From Promethearchaeota archaeon (lineage in GTDB: Archaea > Asgardarchaeota > Lokiarchaeia > Sigyniarchaeales > SOKP01): a DNA stretch of 51,868 bases. The notes below the pieces were generated by a model that saw only the letters and a list, made by a program, of their open reading frames with translations, did no database searches and had not been told where the DNA came from. Every line of letters begins with the position of its first letter. The stretch's first letter is position 1. The DNA lies in NCBI GenBank assembly GCA_019058015.1, contig JAHLWH010000122.1:1-51868 (forward strand), given 5' to 3'. This document shows, in pieces, positions 1 through 9,890 of the stretch. The translations under genes and the position numbers were made by a program.

Positions 1-326
1 ACTTTACGTGCATCATTGGTTATATTTTGATAGATGGGCGGTCCTGGGTTTGTCGGGTCGGAAATATCAATGACCGCCAAGCCTGAGCTCGTAGCTCCCA
101 CATAAGCATAATCTCCGCTTACATAAACGTTATGTGCAGAACCGTTTGTGTATTCGTAATAAACAGAAGATTCTCTGGGGGGTTGTAGAGTAATAATCTC
201 CATGGTATTCTTTTCATCAAAGGAGACTTCAATATCTCTCTGATTACTTACTAATAGAATTGGGATTATGATTAAAGCTAAACTTAGTAATATAATCAAC
301 TTTACTTTTACTCGAATATAATTCAT
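1..326 (-). CDS. Secreted or membrane-anchored LVIVD-repeat protein (N-terminal part; runs off the window edge)
   Basis: Not in the ORF track. Manual translation from ATG at 326 gives MNYIRVKVKLIILLSLALIIIPILLVS (signal/TM segment) followed by AHNVYVSGDYAYVGATSSGLAVIDISDPTNP, a typical LVIVD repeat. Open to position 1. Confidence 0.8.
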   Translation of the reverse strand, partial: MNYIRVKVKLIILLSLALIIIPILLVSNQRDIEVSFDEKNTMEIITLQPPRESSVYYEYTNGSAHNVYVSGDYAYVGATSSGLAVIDISDPTNPGPPIYQNITNDARK

Positions 327-658
327 AGATTTTAACCACTCTATAGATTTTTTTAATATATATTTTTTAAATATAACCAGACCTTTATCTTTATAACTGA
401 GGTGTATCCATCTCAAATATCGTTGAGTCTTCCCAAAGTTGATTCCTTGAAGTGGAAAAGTTAATTAGAATTGACCTAATGCTATGAATTGCCATTAATA
501 TTACGAATAATGTTAATATTGAATAATTTAGATATTATTTTGGCATTATTTATCGCTTATATTTAAAATATGGGAGGATTTTTACTTAACTGTATGATTT
601 CATTTATAATAGTAATAATTAAAAAATAAAGTAAATATAAAAAAAATTGAATTTAGTC

Positions 659-2905
659 CTATAATTTTCCCCTCCAGATTAGATTATTATGGAATGTGAT
701 GTCAACATCAAGATCTTTCTCTTTTATTTCTACCATTTCTTTCTCTGATACCGGAAGTTCAATTTGATATGTTCCGTCTAATAAATCCTTGATTTTAATA
801 TCGAATTCTTTTTTCCCTACTTGTAGCTTCAATTCATAGCTATATCCCGGACCTAGCAATTGACCTTTTTTATTGCGAGGAGTGATATTAATAATCTTGC
901 CTTTCAGTTTGTCTGTTGAGGTTTCTATAAAATTAATTTTAGTTTGTTCGGGATCGGCTTTACCCGGTCCCACAATTAACGAAATCATATCTGTACGACA
1001 TATAGGACCGTTTTCTGGACTCTCATATCGAACTTTTATTTTGAAAGAATGCAATCCAGGTTGTTCCAGAGCTATTGGAATGAAAATTTCCTCCTTCTCA
1101 ATTTTGCATTCAAGATCTCCTCTTAGAAGAGAGAGATGTTTTGTATATGGTATTAAGTGTTTTTGGAAATGTGGATCAGAGGTCATAGCTTTAAGTTTCA
1201 GAATTAAAAGGTTCTTAGGAACTTTTTTTGTACTTATTTTTGATTTTTTCAATAATTCAAATGGTGAAACTTTATATTGAGCTAAAAGTTCAGGGAGTGG
1301 TACACGAAAATATTTCGTTTCTATCACAATCTCCTTAGGCATAATAAATACTGGTTTTTTCTTATTTAAAACAATAATTCTGATAGGTAATAAGTCTCCT
1401 ACTTCATAGAGTTTTTTCGGGAAATCAACTACGTGTTTAATCACTGTATCCTCCCCTATAACAAATGCATGATAATCAGCAGAAGTTCCAATTATCTCAC
1501 CACGAATAATCATACGCCACCCCCCTAGATACTCTAAACTTTCTCCATTTTGTCGTTTAGGTAAATAAATAGTTGCCATACAATGGTTTTCATATAGTCT
1601 CATCTCATTATGTAAATCTAAGAGAGTCCCATCAGGAGAGTACAACCAGAACATAAAATTACTCCTCTGTGATTTTTTCCAAGAAAGAATTACAGTTATT
1701 TTTCGGATAGATCTGTTAAGATAGAAGATCTCTGCTTTTTTATGCTCTTCTACAGATAAATTACTTGTGTTGTGATAGAGAATTGAGGGAGAGCCTCCAG
1801 CCATAATATTGCAGAGATCGATTAAATATAAAAAATCAAGGTCGGTTTCCGGGTCATTTGTTCCCTGATAAAAAGCACCTGTCTGGTTAGCTATCCCTTG
1901 TAGAAGAGTTTCATAATTTGCTGTAATACCAACACCAATGGTATGAACAGGAATATTATAGTTTGCAATATTATCTCCTGGATGTTCTGACACAATCTGA
2001 GAAGGATCTCCACACCAGTCATCACCATTTATGATTTCATAGTGGCCTGCTGGTACTTTTTTCACCAATGGATTTATATTTTGTATTCCGTCAGTGCATA
2101 ATATGACAAATGATTTCCGAGTAGGAGTACTAGGGGGTAAGGTATCAAATGCTGTCTGTAAACCCGCGCCCATAGCAGTACATGTACCTGTTACAAGGGC
2201 GTTAATCTTATCTTTTAGTCCATTTGTTATATCCCAATTAGCTTTAATTGGTAGTAATGTTTGATCTTCACTCACATCATCCGTAAACGAAATCAATCCC
2301 ATATTATCATCAATTTGTCCGTTTGTGTTTAAAAAGTTTCCGATTATTCTACAGGCTCGTTTCATCATTTCGAACTTCGAATCACCAGTTAAAGGCCAGT
2401 TCATACTGCCGGAGACATCCATAACCATTTCTAGATCTATAGGATCACGTATGTATATAGTATCCTTTAATAAACCTTCCAAAAAATCACGTCCAGGAAA
2501 ACCAAGAAATCTTTCTCTAATATGCATATTCCTATCAATGATAAAAGTATGGGGTACAACTCTATCATTAACAGGTATACCACCCATATACGAACTCCAA
2601 ATATCTTCGTTGTGGATAGCAGGGAAAGTAACAGTAACATCAAACTCCCCTGTTAACCATGTTTTAATGACAGATGTTGGAGTAGAATTTTCACGAACAA
2701 CCGCAACTATTTGAACACCATGACCAGAGTATGTATTCCATAAATTTACTAGACATTTTATTACATCTTCACAATCGGAATCATCATACTCAATAAAGGA
2801 AAGTAATATGATATCTCCTAAATGATCTCTTGTATCATATGTGATCATATCATGAATAAAATCATCTCCATCAAAATGGGGTGCAGGGTCACCAACTATT
2901 GGCAT
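659..2905 (-). CDS. Redoxin (TlpA/AhpC-like thioredoxin fold) fused to a VWA domain and C-terminal beta-sandwich domains
   Basis: N-terminus VGDPAPHF..GDIILLSF..GVQIVAV..PHTFIIDR is a redoxin signature. VWA MIDAS residues DVSGSM, TAMGAGL and ILCTDG are present. Confidence 0.75.
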   Translation of the reverse strand: MPIVGDPAPHFDGDDFIHDMITYDTRDHLGDIILLSFIEYDDSDCEDVIKCLVNLWNTYSGHGVQIVAVVRENSTPTSVIKTWLTGEFDVTVTFPAIHNEDIWSSYMGGIPVNDRVVPHTFIIDRNMHIRERFLGFPGRDFLEGLLKDTIYIRDPIDLEMVMDVSGSMNWPLTGDSKFEMMKRACRIIGNFLNTNGQIDDNMGLISFTDDVSEDQTLLPIKANWDITNGLKDKINALVTGTCTAMGAGLQTAFDTLPPSTPTRKSFVILCTDGIQNINPLVKKVPAGHYEIINGDDWCGDPSQIVSEHPGDNIANYNIPVHTIGVGITANYETLLQGIANQTGAFYQGTNDPETDLDFLYLIDLCNIMAGGSPSILYHNTSNLSVEEHKKAEIFYLNRSIRKITVILSWKKSQRSNFMFWLYSPDGTLLDLHNEMRLYENHCMATIYLPKRQNGESLEYLGGWRMIIRGEIIGTSADYHAFVIGEDTVIKHVVDFPKKLYEVGDLLPIRIIVLNKKKPVFIMPKEIVIETKYFRVPLPELLAQYKVSPFELLKKSKISTKKVPKNLLILKLKAMTSDPHFQKHLIPYTKHLSLLRGDLECKIEKEEIFIPIALEQPGLHSFKIKVRYESPENGPICRTDMISLIVGPGKADPEQTKINFIETSTDKLKGKIINITPRNKKGQLLGPGYSYELKLQVGKKEFDIKIKDLLDGTYQIELPVSEKEMVEIKEKDLDVDITFHNNLIWRGKL

Positions 2906-3003
2906 TTTAAATCATCTTGCTTTTTTTGTCGTTTTTACATAAATGTAATTTTACTACATTTAATATATGAATTTTATTTATTTTCGTTTTTCTTTTTTCC
3001 TAG

Positions 3004-3133
3004 CCACTTATTTGTTATTTATTGCACGATCTCCAATTATAGATGTCTTCTTGAAACCACTTATTTTATTATTTATTGCACGATCTCCAATTATAGATGT
3101 CTTCTTGAAACCACTTATTTTATTATTTATTGC
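3004..3133. repeat. 54-bp tandem repeat, about 2.4 copies, at the 3' end of the nuclease-like gene
   Basis: Unit ccacttattttattatttattgcacgatctccaattatagatgtcttcttgaaa occurs at 3004-3056 (53-bp variant), 3057-3110 and 3111-3133 (partial). It encodes repeats of AINNKISGFKKTSIIGDR. Confidence 0.95.
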
Positions 3134-4036
3134 TGAGTCTTTCAAATATTTTGTTATTGGTTGTTGAACCTTTTTATATTCTTTAGGTTCACAAGGTTCT
3201 TTAACAGCGCCGACAACTTCATGTAGGTCCTTTATTCCTTTATGATTGCTATTAAAATCAAAACAAGCGCGATCAAAATCAAAATATTGACCAGCAGGTC
3301 CTCTATAAATAACTAATGTACCTATAAGATCATACAAATCTCTAACTTTCCACTCTTTATATACCCAAAGACCATTCTCAGCTTTTACATAGAGAGAGAA
3401 AATAAAATGGTAAGCGTTCATTTTAATAGGTCTAGGTACTAAAATAGAAACATCAAAAACTTTATCACTATCTTTTATTTTACATCTATTGGATTTAATT
3501 TCTACATAGTAAATTTTCTTTTTGTATACAAATGCCGTATCAGGAAACTTTGTATCTTTAGAAGTTTTCCCAGAAGTATTTTTAAAATCAGTAGGTGGTC
3601 TTAATCCTTTACTTATCAATACTTCATTTACAATGGGTTCAAGTTTCTGACCTCTTTTTTTGGAATCAAGACTTTCATTAAACTTTTTCTTATCAAATTT
3701 CAAAGCAACTTCATTAAAAGTTTCTATTAATAATTTTTTAACATCGTTATCTATGTGGTAGTAGCGGAGAATTTTTTTTTTGACCTTTTCAGATTGTTTG
3801 ACCTCTTCTGTTTTTTCTGCTTTTTTTTTGAAGAATAGAAATTGATCAAAATTTAATTTAATAAATTTGTGATAAGGAAACTCTCGCAGCTTCCACATAT
3901 TTTTTTTTTGTTTATCTTCGTTTATAAATATATTACACTCAACCAAATCTTCCTTACAATCATCCAATGCCCATATATAATATTCTCCATTATACATAAG
4001 TTCTAACTCTAATCTATTTGGATTTTTATCGTTCAT
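3008..4036 (-). CDS. PD-(D/E)XK restriction-endonuclease-like protein
   Basis: Motif FPDTAFVYKKKIYYVEIKS, preceded by a helix with GQKLEPIVNE. No methyltransferase nearby. Confidence 0.55.
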   Translation of the reverse strand: MNDKNPNRLELELMYNGEYYIWALDDCKEDLVECNIFINEDKQKKNMWKLREFPYHKFIKLNFDQFLFFKKKAEKTEEVKQSEKVKKKILRYYHIDNDVKKLLIETFNEVALKFDKKKFNESLDSKKRGQKLEPIVNEVLISKGLRPPTDFKNTSGKTSKDTKFPDTAFVYKKKIYYVEIKSNRCKIKDSDKVFDVSILVPRPIKMNAYHFIFSLYVKAENGLWVYKEWKVRDLYDLIGTLVIYRGPAGQYFDFDRACFDFNSNHKGIKDLHEVVGAVKEPCEPKEYKKVQQPITKYLKDSAINNKISGFKKTSIIGDRAINNKISGFKKTSIIGDRAINNK

Positions 4037-4208
4037 AAGTATAATACATTTGACATTCTTTTTATAAAAAATTAAATATAATTTGTGTTATTTGATTAAT
4101 TTAAAATTCTAGCATCGGTTGAAAGAACCTGGTGTAAATTCTTTATCTTTCCACTATTTCCTTACTTGGAATTTCTATTTCTTTATTTATTTTATAATCA
4201 TAGAGTAT

Positions 4209-6944
4209 TTATTTCTCGGTCAAATTCTCTTTATTGGAAGACTCCTTTATTCTCTCTTGTTTATCTTTGGGTCCCTTTAGTGTTTTACTTAATATTTTAC
4301 TAGCAAGAGCTGAACTCATCTGGACGATTACTTTTTCTGAATCTTGCCAATTAAGGTCATCTAATTTCTCTTGGGATAATAGTGCTTTAAGTCTCTCATT
4401 TTCAAGTCTCAATTTCTCTTTTTCTTCTAATGCTTTTAAGACATCTATCTTTCTATGTGCTAATTTGAATGATTCTAGTGCTGTTCCAGTACCAGGTTCA
4501 ATGTCAATGATTAGATTTTGAGTGTCTAATAAAAATCTCCGAGAGCGTTCTTTTCTCAATAAATATTCTGGATAAATTTTTTTAAATAAATCATCATTAT
4601 TGAGAAATTCATCTAATTCTTCGTCACCTGACTCACTAGCAGCAGTGTATTGAGTTCTTAATTCGGGTACATAATCAATCATATCTATTCTATCATCGGT
4701 ATTAATATCTTCAGGAAGTAAATTTAAATTGTCTTGTGTAAAATGCTTTAGTTCAGGATCCATAAGAATTGGTTTTGCTCCCATATTAGGGTAATAAAGA
4801 TAGGGCGTCTTCATGATTTGTAGCATTGTAAATAACTCTGAACGAATAAATTCTGGTTTCAAGTAGTATATTGCATAATTACCATAATATCCAATTGGTC
4901 CGGCAGGATTTATTAGATCTGTTATATCAACGCAAGTGTCCCAATCTCCTATAAATTCTCCGTCTAGATCAAATAATGTCTCTTCTAATTCATCAGTTTC
5001 ATATTCTCGTACTTGTTCTAGTAAATTATCTATTGTTTTTCCTTCATCTATAGTTTCTCCAGCTTCCTCTCTACTTGTCTCACCTTCTTCTTCGCCACCT
5101 TCATCATTTAATGGATATTCAACTCCACCAAAGGTTCCATGAAAATCCCATTCGACAGGTACTTGTATTTTTAATTTTTTATATCTCAAGATCCTTTGTT
5201 GAGAGTCTTCTTGGGACCATATAGCTCTACAATAATGAAGAATGTTATCACGGATATGTTGATAAAGACGTTCACGTTTCACCTCAAGAAGCTCAATTTC
5301 TCGTTCAGTTTCGTATTTTTTTTGGAGAGCTTCTTGGTAATTCCTTTGTGCTTCTTGAATCATATCCACACCAGATAAGGATAGAGTGGTTAATTTTTCA
5401 GAGAATCTCTCAAGAAATCCTTCCTTCCCTTCTGAACCTATAATATCTCCTAACTTATCTTCCAAAGTGTTTTTAACTTCTGAATAATCGATTGGCCTTG
5501 GAACTTGACTGATAGATGTTAATGCATCCCGGAATGAATCATCTAAGAGAACTTTTGCTATGATCCAATCGTATCTTTTCACCCATTCAAAATTTACCTC
5601 AAATGAGTAAGGAATGGGTTCAGCAATCAAAATTACGTTTTGTATTTCTGCAACGCTAGTAAAAATCTCATACTGCCGCTGTAACTTGCTGTAAACATAT
5701 GTTATAGGGATTTCCTCATTGGGATTCACTATTTCAGATGCCGTTTCTACTTCAAAAGTAGACTCAGATTCTGTGCTAACTACAGTTTTGATTTCAGTCC
5801 TTATCTTGCTAGCAGTTTTCTGCATTGATTCAGAGAGATGAGTACTTGCCTTTTTTGATCTTTCCTCTGCCTCACCATGGGCTCCTGCAGAAGCACTTGC
5901 TGAAAATACAGAGAAATTTACTGATGCTTCTGCTTCTGCATTCCATCCCTGCGTGTTTGAAGCTTCATTGACAATCTCACTTGAATCCTTTGTTGTATCA
6001 GTTACCTCAGAGGATTCTTCAATGCTTTTAAGATGTTCTGCTGTCTTGGTAACTTTTATGCGACGTACTATTTTTGTTGATACCTTTTCCACTTGTTTTG
6101 GACCAAGTGGAATTGTTTTAACAATTTCACCTCGTTGATTTCCCAATGATCTCCATTCTTGGCGATATACAATCCTAAGACCTAAATTCCAACTATACGG
6201 TAAAAATGGATCAAATGTGAAAGGTGGGATGACTGTTTTCTCTCTTTTTCCTTTTTCAGCTTCCTTTTCTCTTTGCCTTTCCAATAGCTGCTCCAAATGT
6301 TCTTTCCAGTGATTCACTGTTAACCTAGCGATTACAGCCCATCGATTTTTAAGTTGATCATCAGTTTTTCTTTGCATATTAATAATTATCCAAAAAAGAA
6401 AAAAGACAAAATTTTGATAAACCGTAAAAAAGTATAGACAGGCATTTGTATTTTTTGGAACAATTGGTAGCCAATTGATAAATTCTTGTTCAGTTATAAT
6501 ATCAATCTCTTGTGCCAAACCATATAAGTAAAGAAGATTTTCATATGCTTCTATTTCAAGTAGGAGAGTGGAGATTAATCGTTCAATAATGTATTTTCGT
6601 ATGTCGTTATTAATAGGTGTAAGAAACCACCATCTAGAATTTTTTCTTATTAATTCATCTAATCTTGCTCTTAAATCTTGTAAAAATAATCTTTCATTAG
6701 GATCAATGATTGTTTCACTAATAAAAAGATCATCAATAGCGGCTTCAGAGGGCTCCAAAACCTCGGGTTCTAATACATAAAGATATTCTGAAAAGTCGTA
6801 AAAAGCAACATTTTCCAAATTAGCAGTACTTATTCCTAAAAAATTGCTTGTCTTTTTTCCTTCAAAGATACCATTAGCAAGGCTATTAATAAGGTGATCT
6901 CTATCATTCTGATTTCCAAGAGAATTATTTTCTTTACTTTTCAC
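4209..6944 (-). CDS. Large hypothetical protein with a Ser/Thr/Glu-rich segment and amphipathic hairpin (putative beta-pore-forming toxin-like)
   Basis: 911-aa ORF with GTG start overlapping the upstream stop (GTGA). Contains QEWRSLGNQRGEIVKTIPLGP..WNAEAEASVNFSVFSASASAGAHG..NPNEEIPITYVYSKLQRQY. The CDS is secure; the function is inferred. Confidence 0.55.
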   Translation of the reverse strand: MKSKENNSLGNQNDRDHLINSLANGIFEGKKTSNFLGISTANLENVAFYDFSEYLYVLEPEVLEPSEAAIDDLFISETIIDPNERLFLQDLRARLDELIRKNSRWWFLTPINNDIRKYIIERLISTLLLEIEAYENLLYLYGLAQEIDIITEQEFINWLPIVPKNTNACLYFFTVYQNFVFFLFWIIINMQRKTDDQLKNRWAVIARLTVNHWKEHLEQLLERQREKEAEKGKREKTVIPPFTFDPFLPYSWNLGLRIVYRQEWRSLGNQRGEIVKTIPLGPKQVEKVSTKIVRRIKVTKTAEHLKSIEESSEVTDTTKDSSEIVNEASNTQGWNAEAEASVNFSVFSASASAGAHGEAEERSKKASTHLSESMQKTASKIRTEIKTVVSTESESTFEVETASEIVNPNEEIPITYVYSKLQRQYEIFTSVAEIQNVILIAEPIPYSFEVNFEWVKRYDWIIAKVLLDDSFRDALTSISQVPRPIDYSEVKNTLEDKLGDIIGSEGKEGFLERFSEKLTTLSLSGVDMIQEAQRNYQEALQKKYETEREIELLEVKRERLYQHIRDNILHYCRAIWSQEDSQQRILRYKKLKIQVPVEWDFHGTFGGVEYPLNDEGGEEEGETSREEAGETIDEGKTIDNLLEQVREYETDELEETLFDLDGEFIGDWDTCVDITDLINPAGPIGYYGNYAIYYLKPEFIRSELFTMLQIMKTPYLYYPNMGAKPILMDPELKHFTQDNLNLLPEDINTDDRIDMIDYVPELRTQYTAASESGDEELDEFLNNDDLFKKIYPEYLLRKERSRRFLLDTQNLIIDIEPGTGTALESFKLAHRKIDVLKALEEKEKLRLENERLKALLSQEKLDDLNWQDSEKVIVQMSSALASKILSKTLKGPKDKQERIKESSNKENLTEK

Positions 6945-7423
6945 TTTCTCTTCGACCTCCTTCGTGATCTTATATTTCTATTTCTTTTCATTTTATTTAA
7001 AAGAACATCCTTATTTAGAGGCTCTTCAATCTTCATAGAGGGAGACGCAAGTGAAGTAGGAGTTTCTGGATCGCGTACATCCAAGACCTTCTTTTTACCC
7101 TTTTTCATTTTAACCTTCTCTTTCGAAATCACGATTTTAGCTCGACGAGCTGTTGGTTCTTTGAAATCAACAATTAAATTCACTTTTGCCTTTTCGTTGG
7201 TGTTTTTTTTCTGTCTTAGTTCTTTCTTCACTTCTGGGGAAATACTTACTGGTATTCTTGATCTGACTTTTAGTAAAGGTCGAAACTTAGGATCTTTATC
7301 TACTGCAATACTATCTTTTTCCTTTTCAAATTGATCATTTAGTCTTTTTAAAATTTCTTTTGCTTTCTCTTGCTTCTTTTTTAAGTTTTCTTGATTTTTA
7401 TTTTCACTGTTTAGTGATTCCAT
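6941..7423 (-). CDS. Highly basic hypothetical protein, translationally coupled to the 911-aa gene
   Basis: 160-aa K/R-rich ORF with a 4-bp overlap with the downstream start. Confidence 0.6.
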   Translation of the reverse strand: MESLNSENKNQENLKKKQEKAKEILKRLNDQFEKEKDSIAVDKDPKFRPLLKVRSRIPVSISPEVKKELRQKKNTNEKAKVNLIVDFKEPTARRAKIVISKEKVKMKKGKKKVLDVRDPETPTSLASPSMKIEEPLNKDVLLNKMKRNRNIRSRRRSKRK

Positions 7424-7974
7424 ACAATCACAACATTTTTTTTATTATATTTTTATCTTTACGGTTATATTAAAGATGATTTCGCTTTATTAATAGATAA
7501 ATTCCATACTACATAATATTGGAATCAAAAATGAATAAGACAGGGTAATATTTAATATTTATGTCCATTACGCTTCAAAAAATTCATCAGTTACAAATCC
7601 CTCAATTCAATATCTCACCAATTTTCTTACTAAAAAAGAAAATTCATTCTAATAAGAATCATGAGTTCAATCAATAAATTTATAGTAATTTTGATGATTC
7701 TATTTCCTTCATTTTGGTTTATTTCTACTTTATTTTTTTCTATTCTGGATTATATTTACGAATGATTGAAGTGGAAATTCCTTATTGATAAGATTCTTTT
7801 AGATCACGGTATTACAAATTATAAACTTTTCTAATTCTGTATTTTTGATGGAATTAAATTCTTTCTACGTTATTTAAATAATATGGAACGAAATATATTT
7901 ACTAAATTCCAAATTTATTAAAGATATGAATTGATAATAATTTTTGTTGATACAAATTTTAATATAATTTTAAT

Positions 7975-8139
7975 ATGGGGGTTTTAAAAATTAAATTTGA
8001 AATTGATTTACCTGAAAAAAAATATAAAAATTTGAAAACAATTTTTGAGATGTTCAATCAAGACTTAACTGAATCGTTAGAAAAAATAGCGATAAATTTC
8101 ATTAAAAGTTCTCTTAAAGAAATTGAATTTATGCTTTAG
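7975..8139 (+). CDS. Small ORF, possibly ribbon-helix-helix-like or a gene remnant (54 aa)
   Basis: Manual translation: MGVLKIKFEIDLPEKKYKNLKTIFEMFNQDLTESLEKIAINFIKSSLKEIEFML*. Pattern is an alternating beta-strand followed by two helices. Confidence 0.3.
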   Translation: MGVLKIKFEIDLPEKKYKNLKTIFEMFNQDLTESLEKIAINFIKSSLKEIEFML

Positions 8140-8934
8140 ATTATTCAAATAATCTTTTTAAAAATTTGTTCAGGAAATATTGATAAATCTTTTCTTGAAA
8201 AGGGAAAAGAAAAATCATGTGGCTCTAAATTTTCATAGGTATCTTAGAAATTATTTTAATATTTTTTTATTTATGAAAATTTTAGGCTTATAAGAAAGTT
8301 CTCTATGAAAATAGCTTATCATAAACGAAAATATTCGTATAACGTTATATTATTTCGAACAACTTTTTTTATTTAAGAGATTGGATTTTTTCATGGCTTC
8401 CATAGAAAGACAATTCTTTTTAAACTTAATTAAAATTTACCAGTATAAAGAAAAAGATTTGAAGGCTCACGTTGTTAAAAAAACTATTAAACTATAAAAC
8501 TATTAAACAATTCAATATTTTCACATATATAAGGAAGAATTAGGACCCTTGATGGTTGAAAAATCTTCCGGTTTGATTTTTCCTGATATATACTCGAGTA
8601 ATAAAGTTATACTATAAAAAACGCAATTAAACACTTTTCGAATGATTCTATAAAAGAAATCTTTTGAAACGGTGCCATCTTTCTCGAGATATATTCTATC
8701 AATAACGATATATCTGAAGTTTTTGAGATCAATTTGAAAAAAAACATTCTGGAGGAAGAATAATTTCCGAATATCAGTAAAAAAAATTTTTTTTTTTACA
8801 TCTTTTAAGGTTGGTGTCAAGCTCGACGGCTTTTTTAACGTATTTTTTAATTTTATTCAAATCAGGACAATAATCTGGAATATTTCTTCTTACTAGATAA
8901 CAGAACTAATTAAAAATAAAAAATAAAAAAATAA

Positions 8935-9885
8935 TTATATTGGTCTGAAATATTCAATATCCGTAATTCTCTTTCTTGGTTTATCTTTAAAAACAGCTTC
9001 AACTCTCATCCCTGGTTTCAACTTTTTTGGATCGCTTTCTTTTATTATGTGCACTATTTCTGTGTTAGAACCATCAAGTGTGATTAATGCATAAGCAAAG
9101 GGCGGTTCTAAAGGCATAACGGGGGTAGAATGCGTTACAACTGTAAAACCCTTAACTGAGCCTTGATTACTAACTTCAACCCACTCATCCATTTTTTCAA
9201 AGCAATTAAAGCATATCATCTTGGGCGGAACATAAACCTTTCCACACTTTGGGCACTTAACCCCCATGATTTTATTATTTTTTCCAATTTCAGTTATAAA
9301 TCTTTCAACATATGCTCCCGCCACATGCTTATAAGGAACCTTTATTCTGCCTCTAAAAACTTTCTCTTCAATATCTTCAACCATTTTTTCAACCTTTTTT
9401 GGTTTTGGTTCTTCTCTAATTATTTTATAATATGGAATATCTCCTAAATTACCTTCTCTCTCTTCTTTGAAAACTGCTTTAACTCGCATCCCAACCCTTA
9501 ATTTTGTATGATCTACCTCATCAATGAAATGCATGGTATAAGTATCGACACCATCTAATTTAAACAGTCCATATCCGTAAGGAAAAGGTCTTAATCCACC
9601 TGTTTGAGGATCTACAAATGGATAGTTAACCACAGTGAATCCTACAAGAGTCCCAGTGTCATATAATTCAATAAGTCGTGTCATTTCCACCATACAATCC
9701 GCACAGACTGCTCGAGGCGGGAAATATACTTTCCCACATTTTGGGCATTTACTTCCGTGTAATTTTTTATTCTCCTTTAGTTCTTTAAAAAATTGTACTG
9801 ATAATTTCCCCATAGAATATCTGTAAGGAAGGTCTGTTTTCCATTTAATTTGAAATACTTTTTCTTTATCTTTACCTCTACTCAT
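8935..9885 (-). CDS. Tandem DUF35 (Zn-ribbon/OB-fold) protein, partner of the thiolase-like aldolases
   Basis: Two copies of GxKCPKCGKVYxPP..CxxC plus OB fold. The true start is probably ATG at 9885, with SD GAGGTGA at 9897-9891. Confidence 0.9.
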   Translation of the reverse strand: MSRGKDKEKVFQIKWKTDLPYRYSMGKLSVQFFKELKENKKLHGSKCPKCGKVYFPPRAVCADCMVEMTRLIELYDTGTLVGFTVVNYPFVDPQTGGLRPFPYGYGLFKLDGVDTYTMHFIDEVDHTKLRVGMRVKAVFKEEREGNLGDIPYYKIIREEPKPKKVEKMVEDIEEKVFRGRIKVPYKHVAGAYVERFITEIGKNNKIMGVKCPKCGKVYVPPKMICFNCFEKMDEWVEVSNQGSVKGFTVVTHSTPVMPLEPPFAYALITLDGSNTEIVHIIKESDPKKLKPGMRVEAVFKDKPRKRITDIEYFRPI

Positions 9886-9890
9886 GATAA

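Noticed and set aside
3004-3133. Possible CRISPR array
   Set aside because: The repeats are contiguous 54-mers with no unique spacers, lie within a CDS, and no cas genes are present.
8521-8820. 99-aa minus-strand ORF
   Set aside because: TTG start, homopolymer runs and no recognisable motif; at most a degraded remnant.
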